Origin: Myxococcota bacterium
Lineage (GTDB): Bacteria > Myxococcota_A > UBA796 > GCA-2862545
Length of the DNA stretch: 64,000 bases
Direction: 5' to 3'
Assembly: GCA_039208735.1 (NCBI GenBank)
Contig: JBCCQY010000017.1
Span: 23,080 to 87,079, forward strand
Each line of letters opens with the position of its first letter. The first letter of the stretch is position 1. The notes below the pieces were generated by a model that saw only the letters and a list, made by a program, of their open reading frames with translations, was not told the origin of the DNA and searched no databases. This document shows positions 9,111 through 19,061 of this stretch, in pieces. The position numbers and the translations under genes were made by a program.

Positions 9111-10385
9111 TCAGCGAATTCGGTCGATTCGCCTCACGAACCCGGGCTGCTCGACCAACACCTCGGCTCCGCTACTGGTCATCCGGTAGACGTTCGACGT
9201 CGAGTCGGGGCCTCGGTCATCGATATTGGCTGGAATGACAATCAAGTCCTCATCCACCACCGACGGAAACCCGAACCAATTCTGGCCGTCGGTGTTGGGG
9301 ACTCGCGTACCTACGAAGTCAGAAGTAGAGCCCACGTAGGGAGCGAAGGCGCTGCCTTCGCCACCGAAATAGCTCCCGGGATTCGTCAGCTCCGCAATCG
9401 GCGCCGTGATCTCATCGCGAAATAGGGCCAGGAACTGGTCATCCGCGATGATGAAGCCCGCTAGGTCGTCGAAACCCTCGGGATTCATCGAGGCCGCCTC
9501 CACCATGAAGTCAGGGTCGAAACCGGCTTCCCCGTCTCGAATGCGGAGCAGACAACCTGCCCCCGAGCTGGGGATGGAGTAGTGATTGGCGAACCCTTGC
9601 AACGCGTCGCCCACTAAGATGTAGTCGCCAGACGATGGGTCGATGACGCCCCCGAGAGAGCTATACGGGCAGCGCTCGTCGACGACCATGCTCACGGCTT
9701 GTCGATCGTCGACCGGCACCAGCAGAACACGAGCCCCGTGCACAGACTCAAGCGTCGTGAAGTCGATGTTGTAAATGGGCACGATGATGGTCTGACCATC
9801 GAACGACAGCGTAGGCTGACCGACAAGAAGCCCCTCTGGCATACCTTCCATCGGGAAGGGTACAGCCTCGATGATCTCGAGCGCGCTGGGGTTCCACCAG
9901 ACGAACTGTCGCGTTGGAGCGTCAACGTAGACCGCCGTCGTTTCCGAAAGGAAGAGCGTCGACGCCTGATAGCTGGTGATGCCCAAGCCCGACATGGTGA
10001 ATTCGTCGAGCTCGGTCAGTGACCGATCCTCGCCCACATCAAATCGTGTAATCTCCAGAGATTCAGCTTCGAAGGCAAACACATCGCCAAACGCGGTCAG
10101 GAGACGGGTCGTTCCACCGAACTCGATAGCCTCGGTCAGGTCGACTGGATCAGCGATGTCCTCGACAACGGCCAGGTAGACGAAGCGCGTGCCGTCCAGG
10201 GTTTGGGTTTCCACCTGAATCAGAAAGGCAGGGTTGTCGCCGGTCACCGGTTCACTGGGGTCTGCCGGCTCTCCGTTGGGCGGCTCCGTCTCGATCGGCT
10301 CGGCGCAGGCCGCACAAGCGACGAAGCTCACTGCCAACAGCACCTTCGTCAGGTAGCGAGTCGTTCCCTCGACGATAGAATTCAT
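9111..10385 (-). CDS. MxcI-like lipoprotein (family linked to myxobacterial iron uptake)
   Basis: Lipobox VACAAC; acidic beta-rich body with AIEFGG, DERC, CLLRI..G...FDPDF motifs as I recall them for MxcI-like proteins. Confidence 0.6.
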   Translation of the reverse strand: MNSIVEGTTRYLTKVLLAVSFVACAACAEPIETEPPNGEPADPSEPVTGDNPAFLIQVETQTLDGTRFVYLAVVEDIADPVDLTEAIEFGGTTRLLTAFGDVFAFEAESLEITRFDVGEDRSLTELDEFTMSGLGITSYQASTLFLSETTAVYVDAPTRQFVWWNPSALEIIEAVPFPMEGMPEGLLVGQPTLSFDGQTIIVPIYNIDFTTLESVHGARVLLVPVDDRQAVSMVVDERCPYSSLGGVIDPSSGDYILVGDALQGFANHYSIPSSGAGCLLRIRDGEAGFDPDFMVEAASMNPEGFDDLAGFIIADDQFLALFRDEITAPIAELTNPGSYFGGEGSAFAPYVGSTSDFVGTRVPNTDGQNWFGFPSVVDEDLIVIPANIDDRGPDSTSNVYRMTSSGAEVLVEQPGFVRRIDRIR

Positions 10386-10396
10386 TGGCTTCTCCC

Positions 10397-10421
10397 ATTG
10401 AAAATGAAAGTCGATTTCAAT
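10397..10421. promoter_or_regulatory. Fur-like box
   Basis: ATTGAAAATGAAAGTCGATTTCAAT: AT-rich, inverted ends ATTGAAA/TTTCAAT, 12 bp upstream of the MxcI-like start. Confidence 0.55.
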
Positions 10422-10489
10422 AGACCATCAGAACCCTGATTGCTTCGATTCTTCTGGTCTGACCCAGCCGCACGTTAAGCAGCCGGCCT

Positions 10490-10541
10490 CGCGGACGGCA
10501 AGCGCCATTCGACGAGCGGTCGCTTTCGGTCGACCGATGAC
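10490..10541 (-). promoter_or_regulatory. Three LytTR-type direct repeats at 21-bp period
   Basis: Minus strand GTCATCGGTC, ACCGCTCGTC, GCCGTCCGCG; the middle one matches the AlgR site ACCGTTCGTC at 9/10. Confidence 0.55.
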
Positions 10542-10574
10542 CTTCGGGGTTGCGGCAACTCTGGAGATCCCCCG

Positions 10575-11681
10575 TTGGACGAGATCACAGCCACCCCTTC
10601 GTCACCTCAGGGCGGATTCACCTTTGTGCGTGTCGCCATCGTCCTGCATTTTGTCGGGTGGTTGTTCGCCGACATGACGTTCTTTGGGCAGTGGGGCCTC
10701 ATGCTGCTCTGGAAGGGAGCGCCGCCCTTCGAGGTCTTCGCCGTGTGGATGACCATTGTCACTTTGTCGCTCGTCATCCCGGCACTGATGGCCAAAGCCT
10801 ACTCCCGGATTCCGCTAACGAGCCTCTCCGATGGATCGAGTATTCGCTACGTCGTAGGGTTGGTGCTGGCCGGAACCCTGGTCTGGAGTCTGCTTCTGGA
10901 ATTTGCCTACAGCCTGACCAGCTACATTCCGCCCAAGGACCTCTGGATTGGGATGATCTGGAACCTCTCCACGATTCTCCTGCTGTTGTCTGGCTGGTCC
11001 GCCCTCTACTTTCTGCCGGTCTTCAACCTCCGCCTGCGCCGGGCACGGGAGCGTGAACTTCAGACCCGAGCGCTCGTCCGTGAGGCCGAACTCGCTTCGC
11101 TTCGGTCCCAGCTTCGACCTCACTTCTTGTTCAACTCCCTCAACTCGGTACTCGGACTCTTGGAGGAAGAGCCTCGGCGAGCCAAGGACATGATGTGGGA
11201 CGTGGCCTCATTGCTCCGACGTGCGCTCGAGGCCAGTCAATCCGACCTGTCCACGCTGGACGAGGAAATCGAGTTCGCCGAGCAGTACCTCCGATGTGAA
11301 CAGGTACGTTTCGGAGACGACCTGTCCGTGGCGATGACAGTCCCATGGACACTGCGCTCGGAACGCATCCCGACACTGCTCCTGCAGCCGCTGGTCGAGA
11401 ACGCCGTAAAGCACGGCATGCGCTCTCACCAGCGAGTCCAGGTCGTGGTCGAGGCCTCTCGGGAGCGCGATCGGTTGGTGCTCATCGTTCGCAATACCGG
11501 TCGACTGGGGCCGGACAGGGGCTCGACCGGTGCGGGACTCGGCTTGGTGCGCCGACGGCTATCGACCCGCTACGGCGCAGCCGCCAGCTTGGCCATTACC
11601 CAGGAAAAAGGTTGGGTCATCGCACGACTCGCGTATCCTTCGCACAACCCACTCACACCAACGCTCGAGGCTTCGGCATGA
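10575..11681 (+). CDS. LytS/YehU-family sensor histidine kinase
   Basis: TM N-terminus; LRSQLRPHFLFNSLN, EQVRFG, LQPLVENAVKHG. Confidence 0.93.
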   Translation: MDEITATPSSPQGGFTFVRVAIVLHFVGWLFADMTFFGQWGLMLLWKGAPPFEVFAVWMTIVTLSLVIPALMAKAYSRIPLTSLSDGSSIRYVVGLVLAGTLVWSLLLEFAYSLTSYIPPKDLWIGMIWNLSTILLLLSGWSALYFLPVFNLRLRRARERELQTRALVREAELASLRSQLRPHFLFNSLNSVLGLLEEEPRRAKDMMWDVASLLRRALEASQSDLSTLDEEIEFAEQYLRCEQVRFGDDLSVAMTVPWTLRSERIPTLLLQPLVENAVKHGMRSHQRVQVVVEASRERDRLVLIVRNTGRLGPDRGSTGAGLGLVRRRLSTRYGAAASLAITQEKGWVIARLAYPSHNPLTPTLEASA

Positions 11682-12376
11682 AGGTCCGGACGTTGATTGT
11701 TGACGACGAGCGCTTGGCCCGAGTCGCGCTCACCGCCTTGCTGCGCAAACGACACGACGTCGTGATCGTCGACGAGGCTTCATCTGTCCAAGCCGCCATC
11801 GACGGGATTCGCCTGCATCGGCCCGACGTCGTGCTCCTCGACATCGAGCTTCGAGACGGCACAGGATTCGATGTGTTCGACCGAATCGAGTGGCAGCCCC
11901 ACGTGATCTTCACGACGGCCTACGGCCACCATGCGGTGCGCGCCTTCGAAGTGGATGCGGTGGACTACCTTGTCAAGCCGATCCGACCGATGGCGCTCGA
12001 TCGAGCCCTGTCAAGGGTGAAGGAGCGCGGTTCGCTCCAGATGTCACCGCTTCGCGTCAAACAGGGGCTCGACATGTTGTTCATCCGCCCCGCCGACATC
12101 CGCTTTCTGCGAGCGGTGAGGGACTACAGCGAACTCCACCTCACGACTGGGGCCCCACGACTTGTCTCTGAGTCCCTGGGACACCTGGAGCGACGACTTC
12201 CGCCCGGCTTCGAGCGGATTCACCGCTCGTTCATCGCGAACACGCGTCACCTCGAAGCCATGGTGCGCGACAATGGGGGTTGGTCGGTTCGCTTACTGGG
12301 GGTCAACGAGGTGCTTCCGGTGAGCCGACGAGCGGTCAGCGACTTGCGCAAGCTACTCGGGATGCCCTTCGCATAG
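11678..12376 (+). CDS. LytTR-family response regulator
   Basis: IVDDE, LLDI, FTTAY, DYLVKP, FERIHRSFIAN; ATGA overlap with the kinase. Confidence 0.94.
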   Translation: MKVRTLIVDDERLARVALTALLRKRHDVVIVDEASSVQAAIDGIRLHRPDVVLLDIELRDGTGFDVFDRIEWQPHVIFTTAYGHHAVRAFEVDAVDYLVKPIRPMALDRALSRVKERGSLQMSPLRVKQGLDMLFIRPADIRFLRAVRDYSELHLTTGAPRLVSESLGHLERRLPPGFERIHRSFIANTRHLEAMVRDNGGWSVRLLGVNEVLPVSRRAVSDLRKLLGMPFA

Positions 12377-12412
12377 CGAACTCGCCCTCCCAGAGCAGCT
12401 CCTCACCCAGAC

Positions 12413-13249
12413 TCAGTCCACCGCCCCACCTGCGGCAGCCACCGCCGTAACCACGCCATCGAGACCCAGCTCCACCGTGTCGAAGGACTTGTGGGCGCGT
12501 TGATAGAGCGGTTCACGCTCGGCCAAGATTTCCCGTAGCCGTACGAGGGCATCGTCGTAGCCCTCCATCGGCCGCGTGTCGCCCTGCGCGGCCACCCGCT
12601 CCAGGTGGGCTTCTGCAGTGGCTCGCAGCCAAACCACATGCGCCTGCTGCGACAACAGGGCCCATGCGCCCGTATCGGCCACCACGGAACCCCCGATCTC
12701 CAGTACCGCAGGGCCGGGAGCCACCAGGCACTCCCGTAGCACCTCTCGACTTACGCGATGGTACCCCTGCGCACCATGAATCTCGAAGAGGTCAGCCAGC
12801 GACAGGCCAGCCCGCTGGCGCACCAACGCATCGACCTCGACAAACGGACAACCGAGCCGCTGCGCCACTCGCGCCCCCACAGTGGACTTTCCCGCCCCGC
12901 GAAGCCCGACCAACGCGATCTTCTCGACCGCATGCGGCGACTGCACGGACGCCAACACCGCATCCAGCTCCTCGGGTGGACGGTCGCGCAATCGCATCGC
13001 GATCTGGTCGAGGACGTCGTGCACAGGACCAAGCCCCGCCAACCACCCCACCAACGACGCGTCGAGCGCCGCGGCCAACTCCGCAAGTCGCGCCAATGAG
13101 ACGTTGGCCTGACCAGACTCCACCTGCCCCACGAACCGCAGCGACATGCCCGCCGCCTGGGCCAACTGCTGCTGGCTCCAGCCACGACGTCGCCGTTGAG
13201 ACCGAATTCGCGCGCCCAATGAGGCAGCGTCAATCCTTCGTTCCGTCAT
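12413..13249 (-). CDS. boxR: BzdR/BoxR-type regulator (XRE HTH + shikimate-kinase-like domain)
   Basis: HTH (WSQQQLA..ESGQANVS) plus GLRGAGKS P-loop and QGDTRPM; divergent from boxB. Confidence 0.85.
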   Translation of the reverse strand: MTERRIDAASLGARIRSQRRRRGWSQQQLAQAAGMSLRFVGQVESGQANVSLARLAELAAALDASLVGWLAGLGPVHDVLDQIAMRLRDRPPEELDAVLASVQSPHAVEKIALVGLRGAGKSTVGARVAQRLGCPFVEVDALVRQRAGLSLADLFEIHGAQGYHRVSREVLRECLVAPGPAVLEIGGSVVADTGAWALLSQQAHVVWLRATAEAHLERVAAQGDTRPMEGYDDALVRLREILAEREPLYQRAHKSFDTVELGLDGVVTAVAAAGGAVD

Positions 13250-13250
13250 C

Positions 13251-13300
13251 TAGGCACTATAATTCGCTACCGGTTGCTGTAAATAGGCATGATAATGCTT
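13251..13300. promoter_or_regulatory. Putative BoxR operator sites
   Basis: TAGGCACTATAAT and TAGGCATGATAAT direct repeats; GGCA-N6-TGCT resembles the BzdR TGCA-N6-TGCA motif. Confidence 0.5.
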
Positions 13301-13325
13301 TCATGACCCCTGCTCTGGAGGCCGC

Positions 13326-14753
13326 GTGGGTACCTTCGATTACGACGAGCGCATTCCAAACAACGTCGACCTGGCGAGCGACCGCCGCCTGCGACGTGCG
13401 TTGGAGAAGTGGCAGCCGGACTTCCTCGAGTGGTGGCGATCGGTTGGTCCCCAAGCGCTGTCGACCGACGAGGTGTACCTGCGTACGGCCGTGTCGACCG
13501 CGCCGGGCGGTTGGGCGAACTTTGGACACGTCCGTATGCCGGACTACCGCTGGGGGGTTTTCCTCGCGGATGCCCAGGCGGATCGCGTCATTCCGGCCGG
13601 AGACGAAGCGGGCCGACCCGTCTGGCAGGACGTGCCGGGTGAACACCGCAATGCGCTGAAGCGCATCATCGTGGTCCAGGCCGACACCGAACCCGCGAGC
13701 GTCGAGCAACAGCGTTGGCTCGCCAACACCGCACCCTCGCTCTACGACTGCCGCAACCTGTTCCAGGTCAACGTGGAAGAAGCGAGGCACCTGTGGGCAA
13801 TGGTGTATCTGCTGATGGCCCACTTCGGCCGCGACGGGCGCGAAGAAGCCGATGCGCTACTCACGCGCCGCTCCGGCGACCCCGACACCCCGCGCATCCT
13901 CGATGCGTTCAACCAGCCCTGCTCGGACTGGCTCACCTTCTTCTCATTTGCGATGTTCGCGGATCGCGACGGCAAGTTCCAACTCGCATCCCTGGCCGAA
14001 AGCGCGTTTGATCCGCTCTCCCGAACCTGCCGCTTCATGCTCACCGAAGAGGCCCATCACTTGTTTGTGGGCACGACGGGGCTCGACCGCATCATTCGTC
14101 GCTCCGCCCAGCTCACCAAACTCGACCCGAACGGCGACGCCCGCGCCCAGGGCGGCATCGACCTGCCCACGATTCAGAAGTGGATCAACCACTGGTTCAG
14201 CTACTGCCTCGACCTCTTCGGGTCCGAAGTGTCCAGCAACGCAGCGGACTACTTCGCGGCAGGGCTGAAGGGCCGGTACAAAGAGGCCGCTAACTATGAC
14301 GAGCACGGGGCCATGTCGGGCAGCCGCAGCATCCCCACGATCGAAAACGGGTCCATCGTCGACCAGAACGTGCCGCTACGTCTCGCGATGAACGAACTGC
14401 TGCGTGACGACTACATCATCGACTGCGAAAAGTCGCTGGCGCGCTGGAATCGGACGCTGGCAAGCGAAGGCCTCGATGCGCGGCTGTCCCTTCCCCACCG
14501 GCGGTTCTTCCGGCGCCAGGGCCTGTATGCGGATCATCACTTCGACCTTCAGGGCAACCTGATCGACCAGGCGACGTTCGAAGCCCACAAGGACGCTTGG
14601 CTGCCCAACGCCGATGACCACGCCTACGTCCAGAGCCTAATGCAGCCTGTCTACGAGCCCGGAAAGATGGCGAACTGGATTGCCGCGCCAAGCAAGGGCA
14701 TCAACGGTCAGCCCGTTGACTTCGAATACGTCCGGACGGACCTCGTCAACTGA
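13326..14753 (+). CDS. boxB: Benzoyl-CoA 2,3-epoxidase subunit B
   Basis: IPNNVDL, YLRTAVS, DTEPASVEQ, EEARH, DRDGKFQ, EEAHH di-iron ligand motifs. Confidence 0.95.
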   Translation: MGTFDYDERIPNNVDLASDRRLRRALEKWQPDFLEWWRSVGPQALSTDEVYLRTAVSTAPGGWANFGHVRMPDYRWGVFLADAQADRVIPAGDEAGRPVWQDVPGEHRNALKRIIVVQADTEPASVEQQRWLANTAPSLYDCRNLFQVNVEEARHLWAMVYLLMAHFGRDGREEADALLTRRSGDPDTPRILDAFNQPCSDWLTFFSFAMFADRDGKFQLASLAESAFDPLSRTCRFMLTEEAHHLFVGTTGLDRIIRRSAQLTKLDPNGDARAQGGIDLPTIQKWINHWFSYCLDLFGSEVSSNAADYFAAGLKGRYKEAANYDEHGAMSGSRSIPTIENGSIVDQNVPLRLAMNELLRDDYIIDCEKSLARWNRTLASEGLDARLSLPHRRFFRRQGLYADHHFDLQGNLIDQATFEAHKDAWLPNADDHAYVQSLMQPVYEPGKMANWIAAPSKGINGQPVDFEYVRTDLVN

Positions 14754-15411
14754 CTGCTTGTCGCTTGGCCTGCCGCGGCAGTGGGCCAAGCGCCACCCGC
14801 GCTTCAGCCGTGGTGGCGTGTTGTCCTTCGAGGTGTTGCTGGGCCACCACGATGCGGTGGCGAATGAACGCACACAGCGCCTCGAGATCTTCTGACGCCA
14901 CAATCGGATCGACGTCCAAAAGCAGGATGGCCCCGTCGAGCAACTCGATCTGAAGCCCGGGCGCTCCGGGCTCGATGGTCTCGATGTCGTGAAGGGGGAG
15001 CCGAACCCGGTCGCCCATGCGCTCAAACCCCACGCCTCGGGCCTTCACCCCCCACCACTCTACGTGGGTCGACGAGACGCGAAAACGCCAGGGCGTCACA
15101 CCGAAGAGGTGTTGCATCCCTCGTTCGACCATGCGCCACCCGAGGTAGACGCCCATCGCCAGGATTCCCGCCATGAACAGCGAGGCGACCGCGGCGGGAA
15201 AGGTCCAGCCTCCGATGCCGGTTTCGATCATCAACCGGGTCATCGCGGCGGGCAGTACCACCCCCGCGATGAACAGCACGAACAGGTTGAAGGCGGTGTC
15301 GACGAAGCCATCGACGGAGTCCAGCGATCCGCGTCGGGGCAAGGTGCCTTGCACTTCATCGTCTTTCCAGTGCAGCTGGAGTCGTTCCTCGAGCCCCGAT
15401 GGCCCTTCCAT
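14746..15411 (-). CDS. Membrane protein (2 TM + bPH-like domain)
   Basis: ATG at 15411 with GAGGGG RBS; two hydrophobic helices, then RLPLHDIETI. Confidence 0.6.
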   Translation of the reverse strand: MEGPSGLEERLQLHWKDDEVQGTLPRRGSLDSVDGFVDTAFNLFVLFIAGVVLPAAMTRLMIETGIGGWTFPAAVASLFMAGILAMGVYLGWRMVERGMQHLFGVTPWRFRVSSTHVEWWGVKARGVGFERMGDRVRLPLHDIETIEPGAPGLQIELLDGAILLLDVDPIVASEDLEALCAFIRHRIVVAQQHLEGQHATTAEARVALGPLPRQAKRQAVS

Positions 15412-15496
15412 CTGCCCCTCCCAGACGCGAACTCCGCTCGTACGCGAGTCTTTGGTCACGGTACCATTGGCGAGCGGCCGAGCACGTCGCGACCCG

Positions 15497-16384
15497 TCAC
15501 CGATCGAACACCGTGATGCCGTAGTCGCCGACTTCTTCGTAGCCGATTTTGCGATAGGCGAGCTGAGCCGGCACGTTTCCCTCTGCTGTAAACAAGACCG
15601 ACCGGGCGACGCCTTCGTAGCGCGCCTCCCGCAACGCGCCGGCCACGACGGCCCGTGCAAACCCCTGCGATCGCAGCTCCGGAGGAGTGAAGACGCCGCC
15701 GATCTGCACGCAGTTGGGGAGAACCGCATTGAATGCCGCCATGGCGAGGCCTTGCTCGTAATCGTGGAGCAAGAACACGCGCCCTTGTGCAATGCCGCGC
15801 TCGAGCCGCCGGCGGCGAGCCTCGGCCGCCTGCAACGATGGACGGAAGCCGCCAAGTTCCTGTTCGTAGGCCGTGCGCCACGCAAACAGCAGTTCCATGT
15901 CATCAAACGTGGCCCGTCGGGCCGTGATCTCATCGCGCTCCACCATCCCCGGCATCCGCAAGTCTCGAAGCCGCAGGGCAAAGAGCAACTCGCGGCTGTC
16001 GAGCCGAACGGGCCAATCGTCGCCCCCCAGTGCGGTTCTCGCCGCCACCACCTGGGCCCGTGGACCGAGAATGCCCGAAACGGGCCTTCGCGACATCTCC
16101 ACGCACAGCCTCACGGCATCGGCCAACCCGGTCGGCAGCTCAAGGACAAGCCGCTCCTGGCCATCGTGGGCCATCACGCCAACCAACATCCCCGCGTCAT
16201 CTTCCACGCCGACCCAGACGCTCGCCACAGGCTCGGGGGACCCTGCCAAACCATGCTCTCGCAGATTGGCCTGCAAGAACATGGTGCTGTTTGGAAAACG
16301 ATGGCAAAACGCGTCGATTGCGGCTTCGTCACCACGCTCGAGAATGCGCGGCCGGACCACGGCAACCCCCTTTAAAGGAGGCAT
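15497..16384 (-). CDS. GNAT-family acetyltransferase
   Basis: QIGGVFTPPELRSQGFA motif A; NVPAQLAYRKIGY motif B. Confidence 0.88.
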   Translation of the reverse strand: MPPLKGVAVVRPRILERGDEAAIDAFCHRFPNSTMFLQANLREHGLAGSPEPVASVWVGVEDDAGMLVGVMAHDGQERLVLELPTGLADAVRLCVEMSRRPVSGILGPRAQVVAARTALGGDDWPVRLDSRELLFALRLRDLRMPGMVERDEITARRATFDDMELLFAWRTAYEQELGGFRPSLQAAEARRRRLERGIAQGRVFLLHDYEQGLAMAAFNAVLPNCVQIGGVFTPPELRSQGFARAVVAGALREARYEGVARSVLFTAEGNVPAQLAYRKIGYEEVGDYGITVFDR

Positions 16385-16405
16385 AGGCCATGCTGCGCGG
16401 ACCGT

Positions 16406-18091
16406 CTACATCTGGTCGTATTCTGGACCGTTGCCACCTTCGGGGGGCATCCAGGTGATGATCTGGTAGGGGTCGCGGATGTCGCAGGTCTTGCAATGCA
16501 CACAGTTTCCGAAGTCGACCTCCATCTCGAGGCGGCCGGTTTCTTCGTTAGGACGCATGTTGTAGACCTGCGCGGGGCAGAATTTCGTACAGGGGTTTCC
16601 GTACTCTTCCTTGCAGATGGTGGCACAAACTTCGGTATCCACAATCTTCAAGTGAGCGGGCTGCTGCTCTTCGTGCTGAGTCCCCGAGTGGTAGACGTCG
16701 GTAAGCTTGTCCATCAGGTACTTGCCGTCGTACGGAATCTCCATCCGGTACCAGTCGGGCGGCGTGTAACCATTGTTGGCATGCTTGAGGTGCTCGTAAT
16801 CGGGCGACATGCCCTTGGCGGGACCGGGTCCAAAAACGTATTGGAGCCCGGTCTGCACGATGCCCTCAATGAGGTGGTGCTTGAAGTTCGCGTGGAAGTT
16901 GCGTCCCGCTTCCATCTCCGTGCGCACCCAGCTCTTCTGCAGCCGGTCATGGTATAGCTTGAGAACGTCCTCGGTGGCTTCTCCGCGCTTCATGGCTTCG
17001 AACGCTGCTTCGGCCGCCAGCATTCCCGTTTTCATGGACAGATGGATGCCCTTGATGCGAAGCGGGTTGAAGAACGATGCCGAGTCGCCGACAAGCATGG
17101 CGCCCGGCGCGTAGACCTTGGGCACCGAAGCCCAGCCCCCGATGGTCACCGCCTTCGCGCCGTACTTCACGACCTGTCCTTCGCCGAGCAGATCCTTGAC
17201 GTAGGGGTGCATCTTGAGCACCTGCAACAGATGGTGAGCGTCCATCTGGGGATCTTCAGCGTCGAGCCCCACGAGCAGGCCGATGCAAACCTTGTCGTCC
17301 TGCATCGCGTAGATGAATGACCCCCCGAAGGTCGTTTCGTCAAGGGGGTAGCCGATGGTGTGTCGGACCCACCCTTCGGTGATCGACCCTTCGGGCATCT
17401 GCAGGATTTCCTTGACGCCGATGTAGTACATCATCGGCTCACTGTCGGCGTCGAGGTCGTACCGCTGGATGAGCTTGCGGGTGAGGTGACCGCGCGGACC
17501 CTCGCCCAAAATGGTCACCGGACTCTGCAAGTCCATACCAGGCTCGAAGGTGTCTTTCGGCTGGCCATCCCGACCGATGCCGCGATCTCCGGTGCGCACC
17601 CCGGCGACCTGCCCGTCTTCATAGAGAAGGTCGTAGCCCGTAAATCCAGGGAAGACATTGACGCCCTTTTCTTCGGCGACCCCAGCCAACCACTTGCAGA
17701 ACTTTCCGAGGCTGATGATCGGCTTGCCATCGGAGTGCAGCTCGGGGGGAATCCACGGGGCGGGGGCGGATCCCGTAGGCGTGAGAAGCGCCATTTCTTC
17801 ACTGTCGACCCAGAACTCGACCGGAACGTCGTCCCGCTCACGCCACCCTGGCATCAACTCATCCATGGCCTTCGGGTCCATGACCGCGCCAGAGAGTTGG
17901 TGCTGACCGACTTCGGAGCCCTTCTCCAGGACCACGATGGTCGGTTCGTCGAAGGCTTCCCCCTCGATCTCGCCGTTGGCCACCTGCTCGTTGTGGCGCT
18001 CGATGAGGTTCATCAGGTGGATGGAGCCAACCAGGTTGGCCGGTCCTGCACCGACGAACAACGCATCGCACGGCATTTCCTCGCGTTCCAT
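16406..18091 (-). CDS. Electron transfer flavoprotein-ubiquinone oxidoreductase
   Basis: VGAGPA FAD motif, LSGAV, KGIHLSM, FCPAQVY and NCVHCKTCDI 4Fe-4S motifs. Confidence 0.94.
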   Translation of the reverse strand: MEREEMPCDALFVGAGPANLVGSIHLMNLIERHNEQVANGEIEGEAFDEPTIVVLEKGSEVGQHQLSGAVMDPKAMDELMPGWRERDDVPVEFWVDSEEMALLTPTGSAPAPWIPPELHSDGKPIISLGKFCKWLAGVAEEKGVNVFPGFTGYDLLYEDGQVAGVRTGDRGIGRDGQPKDTFEPGMDLQSPVTILGEGPRGHLTRKLIQRYDLDADSEPMMYYIGVKEILQMPEGSITEGWVRHTIGYPLDETTFGGSFIYAMQDDKVCIGLLVGLDAEDPQMDAHHLLQVLKMHPYVKDLLGEGQVVKYGAKAVTIGGWASVPKVYAPGAMLVGDSASFFNPLRIKGIHLSMKTGMLAAEAAFEAMKRGEATEDVLKLYHDRLQKSWVRTEMEAGRNFHANFKHHLIEGIVQTGLQYVFGPGPAKGMSPDYEHLKHANNGYTPPDWYRMEIPYDGKYLMDKLTDVYHSGTQHEEQQPAHLKIVDTEVCATICKEEYGNPCTKFCPAQVYNMRPNEETGRLEMEVDFGNCVHCKTCDIRDPYQIITWMPPEGGNGPEYDQM

Positions 18092-18187
18092 CCATCGCTC
18101 CCAGGTCGAGACATTACTCCGGCCCGTATCGCCTGGACGAAACCTGAGAAGGACCCTGCCACGTTTTCCTGCAGATCCGCTTCTGCC

Positions 18188-19039
18188 CTAGGCTTTTTTG
18201 GACCAGTCGTAAAAACCCTGCCCCGACTTTTGCCCGAGCTTCCCCTCTTCGACCAGTTGGACGAGGAGGGCGGGAGGTTCAAAAGCAGGGTTTCCAAGCT
18301 CTTTAGCAAGGTAGCGCCCGATGTTGAGTCGAACGTCAAGGCCGACCAAATCGGTGAGTCGCAGGGGCCCCATGGGGTGGCGGTACCCAAGCTCCATGGC
18401 CTTGTCGATGTGTTCGGCCGAGGCAACGCCCTCTTCGACCATCCGAATGGCCTCCATGCCGAGGCACACGCCAAGCCGACTCGTGGCAAAGCCGGGCCGG
18501 TCTTTGACCACGATCACCTCTTTGCCGATCGCTTCCCCAAACGCGATGACCTGCTCCTGCACTGCATCACGCGTGGACGCTCCAATCACCACCTCGAGCA
18601 GTTTCATCACATGGACAGGATTGAAAAAGTGGGTGCCGATCACCCGACCGGGATCGTCGAGTTCCTGAGCAATGCCTGCAATGGAAAGCGAGCTGGTGTT
18701 GGTGCCGAAAATGCACGAGGCCGGAGCCACCGCCTCAACCGCCTTGAGCACCGAGACCTTCAACGGCAGTCGTTCGGGGACCGCCTCGATCACGATGGCT
18801 GCATCGGCCGCCGCCCGTTCGAGCGGACCGGTCGACAACTGCGCCAGCGCCCGGTCCCGGATCGCCGCCTCCACCTTGCCGCGATCGACGCCCTTGTCGA
18901 GATTGGCCTTCACATGAGCCATCGCCCGTTCGAGCGCCGCGGCATCCACGTCCGTGAGCACCACCTCATGTCCGGCCATGGCGCACACCTGGGCAATGCC
19001 GTGACCCATGGTTCCCGCGCCCACCACTCCGATCTTCAT
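18188..19039 (-). CDS. 3-hydroxyacyl-CoA dehydrogenase
   Basis: GAGTMGHGIA, IEAVPE, NTSSLS, HFFNP, HPMGP. Confidence 0.93.
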   Translation of the reverse strand: MKIGVVGAGTMGHGIAQVCAMAGHEVVLTDVDAAALERAMAHVKANLDKGVDRGKVEAAIRDRALAQLSTGPLERAAADAAIVIEAVPERLPLKVSVLKAVEAVAPASCIFGTNTSSLSIAGIAQELDDPGRVIGTHFFNPVHVMKLLEVVIGASTRDAVQEQVIAFGEAIGKEVIVVKDRPGFATSRLGVCLGMEAIRMVEEGVASAEHIDKAMELGYRHPMGPLRLTDLVGLDVRLNIGRYLAKELGNPAFEPPALLVQLVEEGKLGQKSGQGFYDWSKKA

Positions 19040-19061
19040 CGTGCCTCCGTAGAGGCTGAGT

